This document shows positions 17,767-26,690 of a DNA stretch of 64,000 nucleotides, piece by piece. The DNA lies in the NCBI GenBank assembly GCA_964640215.1, contig CAZXEW010000033.1:2382-66381 (forward strand), written 5' to 3'. The position numbers and the translations under genes were made by a program. The notes under the pieces are model-generated. The model was not told the origin of the DNA, did no database searches, and saw only the letters and a list, made by a program, of their open reading frames with translations. Every line of letters begins with the position of its first letter. The first letter of the stretch is position 1. This DNA is from an uncultured Gammaproteobacteria bacterium. Its GTDB lineage: Bacteria > Patescibacteriota > Microgenomatia > Daviesbacterales > UBA10151.

Positions 17767-17917
17767 TGAATTTGTGACCCATAGAATAATCTTAGGTCAA
17801 AAGAGGCAGGCCTAGAGTAACTATAAAAGGATAGTTAGTAATGATTAGATTGTTATGACAAGCTTTTTTAAGAAGTCTGCGGAGTTATTAACGAAGATTT
17901 TCGGGTTGTGGATAAGT

Positions 17918-18007
17918 GGTTGGGGGTGGTTAGGAAGGTTAGGGATTTTAGGGAGGTTATGATGCGTCAACCACCCCAACAATCCTAATTATCCTAACCT
18001 CCCTAAT
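17918..18007. repeat. G-rich GGTTAGG(G) repeats followed by their C-rich complements, arranged as interleaved inverted repeats
   Basis: gtggttGGGGTGGTTaggaaggttagggatttTAGGGAGGTTatgatgcgtcAACCACCCCaacaatcctaattatcctAACCTCCCTAa: A...B...A'...B' order; immediately 3' of the PIN/TRAM gene. Confidence 0.6.
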
Positions 18008-18015
18008 GGCTTGCC

Positions 18016-18930
18016 TTATTTTTTGCCTATTTTAGCGAAGACCATCCGGCCGGAGGATGATTGGAGCATGCGGCTGACTTCAACTCTGACTTCTTTCCCA
18101 ATTTCGTGTCCCCCATCTTCAACGACGATCATGGTGCCATCGGTCAGGTAACCAACTCCTTGTTTAGGATCTTTTCCCAAATGAACCAGTTTGATAGATA
18201 ACGATTCACCGGGGACAGCGATGATTCGCAGGGCGTTGGCCAAATCATTGATGTTGAGTACTTGGGCACCGCTGATCTGGGCTACCCGGTTAAGATTAAA
18301 ATCAGTGGTGATGATTCGCCCATGCAAATTTTTGGATAGCTTGATGATCTTGTCATCGACTTGTTTGGCGCTGACTTCTTTATCCCAGATTTCGAGCCTG
18401 ACGCCTTTAGTTTTTTTGAGTTCATCAATCAGCTCGAAGCCCCGCCTGGCCCGGGTCCGTTTTAGGTAGTCCGATGAGTCGGCGACTTGTTGAAGCTCGG
18501 TCAGGACAAAGGTCGGAATAAGCAGGGTGCCGAATAAAAAGCCGGTTTTAGCAATGTCCAGGATGCGACCATCGATGATGGCCGAAGTGTCCAAAATAAG
18601 GGGCAAATTGACCGCTACACCCCCAATTGGGGACTGGACGGACAGCGCTGAAACTGAGGGTGATTGATGTTGAATTCGCATAAATTGAGACATGATTTCG
18701 TTGCTGACCCGGCTGATCAGTAGATTGCTGAATGTGCCGATAGTTCTAGTCGAGCGTGAAGCTACGTCGGGAAAAACCCCGTAACCAAGCAGTCCGAACC
18801 AGAGAGTAATGGCAACCCTGAGTAAGTTATGACTAAAGGGTGGCACGTCGGGGACTACTTCGGAAAAAATAAAGGCTGGGAGGGCAAAGACGATAGCAAC
18901 TATTAGCCGTAAAACGAATTTTATCTGCAT
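18016..18930 (-). CDS. membrane-anchored PIN-domain plus TRAM-domain protein (YacL-like)
   Basis: N-terminal TM helices; PIN core LILDTSAIIDGRILDIAKTGF...; C-terminal TRAM-like beta barrel (GESLSIKLVHLGKDPKQGVGYLTDGTMIVVEDGG...EVRVEVSRMLQSSSGRMVFAKI). Confidence 0.7.
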   Translation of the reverse strand: MQIKFVLRLIVAIVFALPAFIFSEVVPDVPPFSHNLLRVAITLWFGLLGYGVFPDVASRSTRTIGTFSNLLISRVSNEIMSQFMRIQHQSPSVSALSVQSPIGGVAVNLPLILDTSAIIDGRILDIAKTGFLFGTLLIPTFVLTELQQVADSSDYLKRTRARRGFELIDELKKTKGVRLEIWDKEVSAKQVDDKIIKLSKNLHGRIITTDFNLNRVAQISGAQVLNINDLANALRIIAVPGESLSIKLVHLGKDPKQGVGYLTDGTMIVVEDGGHEIGKEVRVEVSRMLQSSSGRMVFAKIGKK

Positions 18931-18981
18931 ATGAGTTTTCCTTGGGACAAGTATATCTTAAAATCAATCCTGAAGCACAGA

Positions 18982-19260
18982 TCAAGAGCTTTGATCGTGG
19001 TAGCGGATCTTTGGGTGCTTGGTGATGGTAGTCAGGTCAATGTTAAAAGTTTGGAGTGAATGGATAAAAATACCAAGACCGATGAGAGTGATAGGCAAAC
19101 CGATGGCCAGCTTCAGAAAAGTCTGATTTAGCGACAAAAAGAGTCCGCCGGTGATGATAATTAGCACGGCTGTAGCTAAGTAGAGAAGGGATCGGACAAG
19201 ATGTAACGCTCGGGCAACCAAGAAATGAAGCTGAGTTGGCTGGGTGACTTTTCTTGACAT
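18982..19260 (-). CDS. hypothetical small membrane protein (2 TM helices)
   Basis: 92-aa ORF with two hydrophobic helices; no recognizable motif. Confidence 0.35.
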   Translation of the reverse strand: MSRKVTQPTQLHFLVARALHLVRSLLYLATAVLIIITGGLFLSLNQTFLKLAIGLPITLIGLGIFIHSLQTFNIDLTTITKHPKIRYHDQSS

Positions 19261-19278
19261 AATAAGATATTATCACAC

Positions 19279-20160
19279 TTGAGTAGAGGTTATTTCTCTA
19301 AGCCTATAATGAAAAAAACGCTGGTTTCGGTGATTATTCCGACTAAAAACGAGGCGGCTAATATTGGACGAGCTTTAAAGTCGATCCGTAATCAGAGATA
19401 TCAAGGCAAAGTCGAGGTGATAGTGGTTGACAATTACTCGATCGATCGGACAGTCAAGATTGCTAAGCGATTTTTGAGTCGAAATAGATTGTTTTTTAAG
19501 TCTTGTCAGGTCGTCTCGAGCGGGCCGGAGCGTTCAAGTCAGCGCAATTTAGGCGCGAAATTGGCTAAAGGCAGTTATCTGCTGTTTCTGGATGCTGATA
19601 TGGCTGCCTCAACTGAGCTGATCGATGAGTGCGTAAAGCTGGCGGTAAACTCAATATCGGCGCCGATGTTGGTAGTCAAAGAACATGCCCTCGGCTATAA
19701 TTTTCTAGGAAAAGCCTTAGCGCTCGAAAAGAACTGTTACAAGGATTTAAACTGGGTGCAGGCGGCCAGATTTTTTCCGAAGTCGCTATTTGTTAAATTT
19801 GGGGGTTATGACTCTGAGCTCGTCGCCGGCGAAGATTGGGATTTAACCCAACGTTTGACAGAAAAGGGGGTGCCGACTCTGATGACCGAAAAGGCCACTC
19901 TTTTTCATCACGAGGTTTCTCAATCCTTACTAGAGCTGTTCAAGAAGGAGCTTTACTATATTAAATATATGGATTTATACGTGTTGAAAAACCCAAGGGC
20001 ATTTTCTTATCAAGGCAGTTTGCTTTACCGAGGTTTGATTTATACAAGAGCTTGGCAGGATTTAGTGGCTCATCCTCTCCAAGCAGTTAGTTTTATAGTC
20101 TATAAAGCGGTAGTTTGGTCGATGTGGCAATGGCATCGCCAGTTTAATCGAAAAATATGA
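19279..20160 (+). CDS. glycosyltransferase family 2
   Basis: VSVIIPTKNEAANIGRALKSI...VEVIVVDNYSIDRT...FLDADM (GT-A fold, DxD-type motif). Confidence 0.8.
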   Translation: MSRGYFSKPIMKKTLVSVIIPTKNEAANIGRALKSIRNQRYQGKVEVIVVDNYSIDRTVKIAKRFLSRNRLFFKSCQVVSSGPERSSQRNLGAKLAKGSYLLFLDADMAASTELIDECVKLAVNSISAPMLVVKEHALGYNFLGKALALEKNCYKDLNWVQAARFFPKSLFVKFGGYDSELVAGEDWDLTQRLTEKGVPTLMTEKATLFHHEVSQSLLELFKKELYYIKYMDLYVLKNPRAFSYQGSLLYRGLIYTRAWQDLVAHPLQAVSFIVYKAVVWSMWQWHRQFNRKI

Positions 20161-21077
20161 AAGTCATCTCTCCAAAGGTCAGTATCATTATTCCCACCCG
20201 GAATCGAGTCGATTCGCTCCTAGAAACTTTAGATTCGATATATAAGATGAGTTATCCGAGAGCAAAGATAGAAGTGTTGGCGGTCGATAACGGTTCAAAA
20301 AGTGATTATGGTCGAAGTCTAAAGCGTCGCTTTCCGGCAACTAAAATAATAAAACTAGCAACTAATGTTGGCTTTGGACCGGCTTTGAATATCGGCATTA
20401 AACAAGCTTTGGGTGAATATATTTTGGTGACTAACGACGATGTCATATTTGATAAAGATTGCTTAAGAGAGCTGATTAATGTGGCAGAGCTCGGATCAAA
20501 AATCGGGATTGTTGGTGGCAAAATGTATTTTAAAGATGATCCGACGCGGCTAGCTTTACCGGGATTTAAAGTCAATCTCTGGCTGGGTTATCATCCCTAT
20601 GATTTCAGCGGAAGCAACAGTATCCGGGAGATGGATGTGACCACTGGCGGATGTATGTTAATCCGTGCTTCGATGTTTAAGCGGACCGGTCCGTTTGATG
20701 AGGGCTTTTTCTTTTGCGGAGAAGATTATGATCTGTGTTTACGTGCCAAAAAGGCGGGTTTTAAGGTGATGTTTAGTCCTAAAGCAGTGGTTTGGCATGA
20801 ATTTTTGAACAACGGTAAGAAAACTAACAACTCTTCGCAGTTATTTTCCCATTATCGAGGCAAGTTTCGATTTATGGTGGTTCATGCCACTGTCCCCCAA
20901 ATGCTAGTCTTTTTTCCGATTCAACTGTTGGCCGGCCCGATTTTCTGCTATTGGCAATCGAGGCAACTGACCTTCAAACCGATGATTAATGCTCTGGGTT
21001 GGAACTTAATGAATATCAAAGGCACAGCTAAGAGCCGTCAATTTGTTAATCAATTAAGCCGTCTAAATCGATCATGA
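20157..21077 (+). CDS. glycosyltransferase family 2
   Basis: VSIIIPTRNRVDSLLETLDSI...EVLAVDNGS...VTNDDV; 4-nt overlap with the upstream gene. Confidence 0.8.
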   Translation: MKVISPKVSIIIPTRNRVDSLLETLDSIYKMSYPRAKIEVLAVDNGSKSDYGRSLKRRFPATKIIKLATNVGFGPALNIGIKQALGEYILVTNDDVIFDKDCLRELINVAELGSKIGIVGGKMYFKDDPTRLALPGFKVNLWLGYHPYDFSGSNSIREMDVTTGGCMLIRASMFKRTGPFDEGFFFCGEDYDLCLRAKKAGFKVMFSPKAVVWHEFLNNGKKTNNSSQLFSHYRGKFRFMVVHATVPQMLVFFPIQLLAGPIFCYWQSRQLTFKPMINALGWNLMNIKGTAKSRQFVNQLSRLNRS

Positions 21078-21868
21078 AACAAACTAGTGAGCGGTTTATT
21101 CCAAGCGGGGATTATAAAAGTAGTTTTTATTTAGAGCATATCGGGCGGTATCGTTTTGCTAAAAAATATGTGGTTGGTAAAAAGGTACTTGATCTCGGCT
21201 GCGGAATGGGCTATGGAGCTGCTGAGTTAAAAAAAATTGGTGCCAAGGAAGTGGTGGGGGTGGATAATGATCCAGAGGCCATCGAATTTGCTAAAGGCTT
21301 TGCTGGGAAAAAAGTGCGGTTCTTAAAGGCCGATGCCACTGCCCTGCTCTTTCCAGATCAAGAGTTCGATGTGGTGGTATCTTTTGAGGTGATTGAGCAT
21401 ATCAAAGATTATCAACAGTACCTAAAAGAAGCTTTTAGAGTGCTCAAACTTGGTGGCTATCTGATATTTTCCACGCCTAATAGATTGCAGTATCGTCAAG
21501 GAACTAGTCATTATCATTATCGTGAGTTCACAGCAATGGAACTGACGAAGTTACTATTAAATATGGGCTATAGTGTTAAGATCTTTGGTCAATCTTTTTC
21601 TAATCAGCTCTTTGTCCAAAAGGAGAGGGAATATTTTAAGCGTTATACTCTATTTTCGATAGGGGGTAACCGGGTGGTCAAACGATTGTTTGGGCTAATT
21701 CCATCTTCGTTTAAGACTGTCATCTATCACAGGCTATGGGGTAGGCTACCGACGATCACACCGGAAGAGCTTAAGATCTCAGGTCAGGACATCAAAGATT
21801 CAGTCACATTAATTGGTATCTCTAGAAATAGGCGCATGCCTGGCGTTAATAATAATCGTCCCCGATAG
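21074..21868 (+). CDS. class I SAM-dependent methyltransferase
   Basis: Motif I VLDLGCGMGYGA; motif II-like VVVSFEVIEHI. Confidence 0.8.
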   Translation: MKQTSERFIPSGDYKSSFYLEHIGRYRFAKKYVVGKKVLDLGCGMGYGAAELKKIGAKEVVGVDNDPEAIEFAKGFAGKKVRFLKADATALLFPDQEFDVVVSFEVIEHIKDYQQYLKEAFRVLKLGGYLIFSTPNRLQYRQGTSHYHYREFTAMELTKLLLNMGYSVKIFGQSFSNQLFVQKEREYFKRYTLFSIGGNRVVKRLFGLIPSSFKTVIYHRLWGRLPTITPEELKISGQDIKDSVTLIGISRNRRMPGVNNNRPR

Positions 21869-22729
21869 ATGAAAGATTGCTTCAATTAAATATATCAGGA
21901 TAACCAGGGGTAATCCTAAACTTAGCCAAAATATTGACCATAACCATCCTGAAATAGGAATTTTTTGTTGATTTGGGGATCTTTTAAAAAGCCTTTGAAG
22001 GACATTGTCAGTGTGGCTAAAGTAATTGACGAATGATTGAAGCAAACCAGTAAAATTATGCTCTAGGCAGAAATAATCAATTTGGTCTATTATCATTTGT
22101 TCGCGTTTTAGGAGTAGATTTAACGATTCAAGCGAGAAGTGCCAGAGATGAAATTTAGGTACCAGGTGAAACCAGTATTGTTTAAAGAATTTAAATTCGA
22201 GGCTACTTATGTTAGGAACGGCGATGATTAACACTCCGCCAGGCTTAAGGTTAAGTTTGGCGGTCCGAAGATAAATTTGAGGTAACTTGACGTGTTCGAG
22301 CGAGTGCCAAAAACTGATAACATCAGCCTGCAAACCGCGGCTTTTCAAGAACTGACTGTCGGACATGGTTTCTAGACCAAGTTGGGACAAAAAGGCTCGT
22401 CCGGATTTGGAAATTTCAACGCCAATTTTGCGTTTGGCTTGGATAGTTTTTAAAAAGCCCCCGTCTCCAGCTCCGACATCCAGCCAGAGTTTAACCGGGT
22501 GTGGTGCATAAGTTCCTCGCAGCCAATAAAAGAAACTGGTCGGTAGTTGAAATAGTTTGACTGCCAGGCTCGACTGGCCTTGGTAATAACTTTTGGTATA
22601 TTTGTCGAGAGGGATTTTTTTTAACCAGGCGGTTTGGCAGTTGGGACAATAATAGTAGGCTGAGTAGTCAGGTAAGCTAATGACCGGAGTTCGTTGGCAG
22701 ATCGGACAATGTCGTCTCGGGCTCGACAT
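21809..22729 (-). CDS. SAM-dependent methyltransferase with N-terminal zinc-ribbon (CxxC...CxxC)
   Basis: CPICQRTPVISLPDYSAYYYCPNCQ followed by WLDVGAGDGGFL. Start placed at the internal ATG (22727..22729) directly after the stop of the upstream GT2; the track ORF extends to 22852 and would overlap by 120 nt. Confidence 0.7.
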   Translation of the reverse strand: MSSPRRHCPICQRTPVISLPDYSAYYYCPNCQTAWLKKIPLDKYTKSYYQGQSSLAVKLFQLPTSFFYWLRGTYAPHPVKLWLDVGAGDGGFLKTIQAKRKIGVEISKSGRAFLSQLGLETMSDSQFLKSRGLQADVISFWHSLEHVKLPQIYLRTAKLNLKPGGVLIIAVPNISSLEFKFFKQYWFHLVPKFHLWHFSLESLNLLLKREQMIIDQIDYFCLEHNFTGLLQSFVNYFSHTDNVLQRLFKRSPNQQKIPISGWLWSIFWLSLGLPLVILIYLIEAIFHLSGTIIINARHAPISRDTN

Positions 22730-22730
22730 T

Positions 22731-23462
22731 TTAGGAGTTATACAGTCGTTTGCCCAGGTGAGCTTGGATCCAAACCCACCAGATATATAAGAAGATGCGG
22801 ATGGCCCAGCTGGCTTGGTCAATAATGGTGGCTGTTTGAGTCGAAATACCAACCCGAGGTCGAAAGTTGATGGGAATATCGATGAATTTGACTTTATTTT
22901 TAGCTGCGACGAGTAACCATTCCGTAGCCAGCATGGCTGTTTTAGCTTGACACTCTCTGGCTACTTTTTTCCAACCCTTTCGGCTTGTCAATCGAAGGGT
23001 GCATCCGACATCGGTAAAGGGAGGGCACATAAATAAGACTGTGATCATTTTTCCAAGAAGCACATCTAAGATTCTTCTGGTGAAAGACATCTCCGAACTG
23101 CTGTGAATAAGAGGGACGTGCGTCCGTGAACCGAAAACTATTTCAAAGTCATCGCTGTAGGCTAGTAGTTTAGTGACATCATTTCCATCATAAGTGCCAT
23201 CTGGCTCAGCGATAATCATTAACTCAGCGTTTGATTTGGCGATACCGGTTCGGATGGCGTAACCATATCCTTGTCTTTTCTCGAATATAAGCTTGGCTCT
23301 GGTTTTTTTGACTTGGGCTTGAGTTCCTTCTTCAGCGTTATTATCGACCACGATAATTTCATCAACAAAACCCGTTGCATCAAATTCTTTTATAACGTTA
23401 TAGATTGAATCCTTCTCGCGATAGGTGGGAAAGATGACGGCGACTTTTTTATTCTTCCACAT
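22731..23462 (-). CDS. glycosyltransferase family 2 (polyprenyl-phosphate sugar transferase-like)
   Basis: VAVIFPTYREKDSIYNVIKEF...EIIVVDNNAEEGT...YGYAIRTGI. Confidence 0.8.
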   Translation of the reverse strand: MWKNKKVAVIFPTYREKDSIYNVIKEFDATGFVDEIIVVDNNAEEGTQAQVKKTRAKLIFEKRQGYGYAIRTGIAKSNAELMIIAEPDGTYDGNDVTKLLAYSDDFEIVFGSRTHVPLIHSSSEMSFTRRILDVLLGKMITVLFMCPPFTDVGCTLRLTSRKGWKKVARECQAKTAMLATEWLLVAAKNKVKFIDIPINFRPRVGISTQTATIIDQASWAIRIFLYIWWVWIQAHLGKRLYNS

Positions 23463-23517
23463 AGTTAAAGCTGGGCTTCTGGGCTATTATATAATACGAA
23501 AATTGAAAATAGCTTAA

Positions 23518-24561
23518 ATGAAACATAATATTAAATATCAAACTCTTGAGAGTAAGAGGGGTGAGGTTAATTTTCGGCGGAAACTGGCTAAACAATTTAT
23601 GGGCCAGGGCCAATTTTACCCTGGCGAACCTTCGGCTAAGGAATATTTAGAGATTGTCAGAGAGACGCTTAGAAATTATCGAAGGTATTTCGAGCAATTG
23701 AGGCAGGCTGGAGTCGAGCTAGGACCGTTTTTGGAGATTGGGGCCGGGGTTGGACAGGCGGGAATGTTGCTGTGCAGTGAGTTTGGAGTGAAGGGATTCA
23801 GCAGCGATTTGTCGGCTGAAACGATCGAGCTATCTGCAGAGTATCGGAAGCGGCTAGGGTTTAAAAAGACGCCGATATTTATCAGCTGTGATGGCTATAA
23901 TTTACCTTTTCGCTCGAACAGTTTAGCATTAGTGTTTTGTTTTCAAACGCTCCATCATCTGCCGGATCCGAAGCCGGTTTTGGAGGAGGTGCAGAGGGTC
24001 TTGGTGCCTGGCGGGTATTTCTATTTTAATAATGAGCCGATCGCCCAGCGGTTTAACTTGAATCTGTGGAGGCGCGACCTGCATTTAAATTGGTTCGAGA
24101 AGGTGTTGAAAGCGACTATAATTTTGCATTTTCTCTCCCGAATTGGCAAGAGTGAGGTTGAGAATCAGATTTTGGAGGAGACTTTTGATCTGAAGGTATG
24201 GGAGAGAGCTTTGGATGGTTTCGAAGATGCGGAAATATCATTGATTGCTTTTCCATTTGGGCCAAAATCGATCCAACTTAAACGACTCCGAAAAGGTTGG
24301 TTACAACCGATATGGTTTAAACGCATTGTGTTGGGGATTATGGGCGGAGGGATTGGTGGCTGGGGTCAAAAGAAAGGTCAATTTAAACCTACCTCGGTTG
24401 ATAAATTATTTAATTTGCTGGCTTGTCCTAACTGTCGAAGTAAGCCAAAGCACAAGTTGGAGGGACAAAACCTGGTTTGTCGAATCTGTAAGACTGAATA
24501 TCGCCCAGTAAACAAGGTCTATCGATTGTTTTCAAAGGCCCAAGCTCAACAATTATATTAA
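23518..24561 (+). CDS. SAM-dependent methyltransferase with C-terminal Trm112-like zinc ribbon
   Basis: LEIGAGVGQAG motif I; VPGGYFYF; C-terminal CPNCRSKPKHKLEGQNLVCRICKTEY. Confidence 0.75.
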   Translation: MKHNIKYQTLESKRGEVNFRRKLAKQFMGQGQFYPGEPSAKEYLEIVRETLRNYRRYFEQLRQAGVELGPFLEIGAGVGQAGMLLCSEFGVKGFSSDLSAETIELSAEYRKRLGFKKTPIFISCDGYNLPFRSNSLALVFCFQTLHHLPDPKPVLEEVQRVLVPGGYFYFNNEPIAQRFNLNLWRRDLHLNWFEKVLKATIILHFLSRIGKSEVENQILEETFDLKVWERALDGFEDAEISLIAFPFGPKSIQLKRLRKGWLQPIWFKRIVLGIMGGGIGGWGQKKGQFKPTSVDKLFNLLACPNCRSKPKHKLEGQNLVCRICKTEYRPVNKVYRLFSKAQAQQLY

Positions 24562-25445
24562 TGGTAAAGCCTACTTTGGTATCGATAATATTTGCTAATT
24601 ACAACGGTGGCCAGGAGCCAATAGATTGCTTGGAATCGATCCAAAGTTTGAAATATCCGCATAGTCAGCTTGAGGTGGCCGTAATTGATAACGGCTCGAG
24701 CGACGGCTCACCGGATCAAATCGCTAAAAAATTTCCGTGGGTAAAATTGATAAAACAGAAGCGAAATTTGGGTTTTGCTAAAGCCATTAATTTAGGGATT
24801 AAACAAAGTAGCGGCGAATACTTATTTATTGCCAATGATGACTTGGTTTTTGAAGAAGATAGCTTGACTTGTATGGTTGATTATTTGTCCAGTCATTCGA
24901 AGGTTGGAGTGATTGGGGGAAAGATATTCTTAAAATCAAAATCAAAAAAAATAATTTCGAGCGGCTTTAACATCAATCGTTGGACCGGTGATATTGGCCG
25001 AAATTTACTGACTGAGAGAGAGGTTGAGCCTGATTTTGTCCAAGGTTGTGCGATGTTGATTCCACGGCTGGTTTTGAATAAAATTGGCCCTCTGGATGAT
25101 AGTTTTGTCCATTTATTTGAAGATGTCGATTTCTGTTTCAGAACCAGGCGAGCCGGGTTAAAAGTAGTCTATCTACCCACTGCCCACTTTTGGCACGGTG
25201 AAAGTTTAACTGCCGATAAAAATAAGGCTAAAAAATATTTTCATTGGTATCAAGGCAAATTCAGATTTATCCTAAAACATTTTTCACCGATTAACGTGGC
25301 GAGTATACTATTTATTCAAATACTACTAGTTATGCCTTATAGAACTATCTTTCTCGGAGATGGTAGGTTTCAACCGTTCATCAAAGGATTAATTTGGAAT
25401 TTAGTGAATTTGAGAAAAACTATGAAAGCTCGATATGAATTTTAA
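24561..25445 (+). CDS. glycosyltransferase family 2
   Basis: VSIIFANYNGGQEPIDCLESI...EVAVIDNGSSDGS...ANDDLVF. Confidence 0.8.
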   Translation: MVKPTLVSIIFANYNGGQEPIDCLESIQSLKYPHSQLEVAVIDNGSSDGSPDQIAKKFPWVKLIKQKRNLGFAKAINLGIKQSSGEYLFIANDDLVFEEDSLTCMVDYLSSHSKVGVIGGKIFLKSKSKKIISSGFNINRWTGDIGRNLLTEREVEPDFVQGCAMLIPRLVLNKIGPLDDSFVHLFEDVDFCFRTRRAGLKVVYLPTAHFWHGESLTADKNKAKKYFHWYQGKFRFILKHFSPINVASILFIQILLVMPYRTIFLGDGRFQPFIKGLIWNLVNLRKTMKARYEF

Positions 25446-26157
25446 ACCAGTCTTCAGATCATATCTGTTATCGCTTTGGCACAACAGCGCTATGCTTAAC
25501 AACAAAACTTTGGCCCAACTGGTCGAGACGACTAAATCAGCCCGGGTACTGGACATTGGCTCCTACACCGGGGATCATATTATCGAACGAGTTAAAAAGA
25601 TTAAGAATCCGGATATCTACGGGCTGGAGATTGAAAACGATTATATTCAGATTTCCAGAAAAAAAGGTGTCAAAGCAGTTCAGGGCGATGTTGAAAAACG
25701 TTTTCCTTTTAAGGCTAATTTTTTTGATATGGTCTCGGCCAATCAGATCATCGAACACCTACTAAATATCGATGACTTTATGACGCAGATTCACCGAGTT
25801 CTAAAACCAGGAGGTTATTTATTATTGTCAACGGAAAACTTGTCTTCTTGGCACAATATCTTCGCGCTCTGTCTTGGCTGGCAGGCTTTCTCCCAACATA
25901 TGTCGCTTAAAAAGAATATCGGCAACCCGTTTAGACTGCCAGTAAAGGATGAAGGTTATCGAACAAGCGGGGTCCATGTCAAAATCTTTACTTTGAAAGG
26001 TTTAATCCAACTAATGGAGTTGTACGATTTTAAAGTTGAGACTATCTTTGGCGCCGGTTATTATCCTTGTCCACCTCCACTATCAACTTTCCTGGCTAAA
26101 ATAGATCCTTATCACAGCCCTTTTATTGGTCTTAAGGCCCGAAAGGTAGCAAGATAA
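25435..26157 (+). CDS. class I SAM-dependent methyltransferase
   Basis: VLDIGSYTGDHI; FDMVSANQIIEHL; LKPGGYLLLST. Confidence 0.7.
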   Translation: MNFKPVFRSYLLSLWHNSAMLNNKTLAQLVETTKSARVLDIGSYTGDHIIERVKKIKNPDIYGLEIENDYIQISRKKGVKAVQGDVEKRFPFKANFFDMVSANQIIEHLLNIDDFMTQIHRVLKPGGYLLLSTENLSSWHNIFALCLGWQAFSQHMSLKKNIGNPFRLPVKDEGYRTSGVHVKIFTLKGLIQLMELYDFKVETIFGAGYYPCPPPLSTFLAKIDPYHSPFIGLKARKVAR

Positions 26158-26690
26158 TGCCACCTAAGACACTACATCTAGGTTGTGGTATGGAAAAAGT
26201 CAAAGGGGCGATCGGTATCGATAACAACCCTCGAGCCAAAGCTGATGTCATCCATGATTTAAATAAATTTCCCTATCCTTTTAAAAAAAATCAGTTTGAC
26301 AAAGTCATTGCTGAAAATATTTTTGAGCATTTATTGGATATTCCTAAAGTGATGACAGAGATCCATCGAATCGCTAAACCTTCTGCTCGGTTGCTGATCA
26401 CCACAGCTCATTTTAGTAGCGTTGATAGCTTTACTGACCCAACTCATGTCCATTTTTTTACTAGCCGCAGTTTTGACTATTTCATTCCTGGAACTGACCT
26501 TTATAAATATCAGTACACAAATATAAATTATAAAAAGCGGTCAATTCGGGTCGGACCTAACAATTGGAATAATCCTTTGATTAAAGTAATCCTAGCATTG
26601 ATAAACCGCTATTTAATCTTCTATGAAAAACGGTTAGCTTTTATCTTTCCAGTCGGGGTGATTAGTTATGACCTTGAGGTGATCAAATGA
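26157..26690 (+). CDS. class I SAM-dependent methyltransferase
   Basis: LHLGCGMEKVKGAIGIDNNP; FDKVIAENIFEHL. Confidence 0.7.
   Translation: MPPKTLHLGCGMEKVKGAIGIDNNPRAKADVIHDLNKFPYPFKKNQFDKVIAENIFEHLLDIPKVMTEIHRIAKPSARLLITTAHFSSVDSFTDPTHVHFFTSRSFDYFIPGTDLYKYQYTNINYKKRSIRVGPNNWNNPLIKVILALINRYLIFYEKRLAFIFPVGVISYDLEVIK

Noticed and set aside
17300-17770. Possibility that the ~450-nt promoter-to-terminator unit is tmRNA or RNase P RNA
   Set aside because: No GGGG.../...CCACCA tRNA-like ends or in-frame ...ALAA* tag reading frame for tmRNA. RNase P conserved blocks (GGAAAGUCCGGGCUCC, GGUAAGAGCGCACC, ACAGAACCCGGCUUA) are absent.
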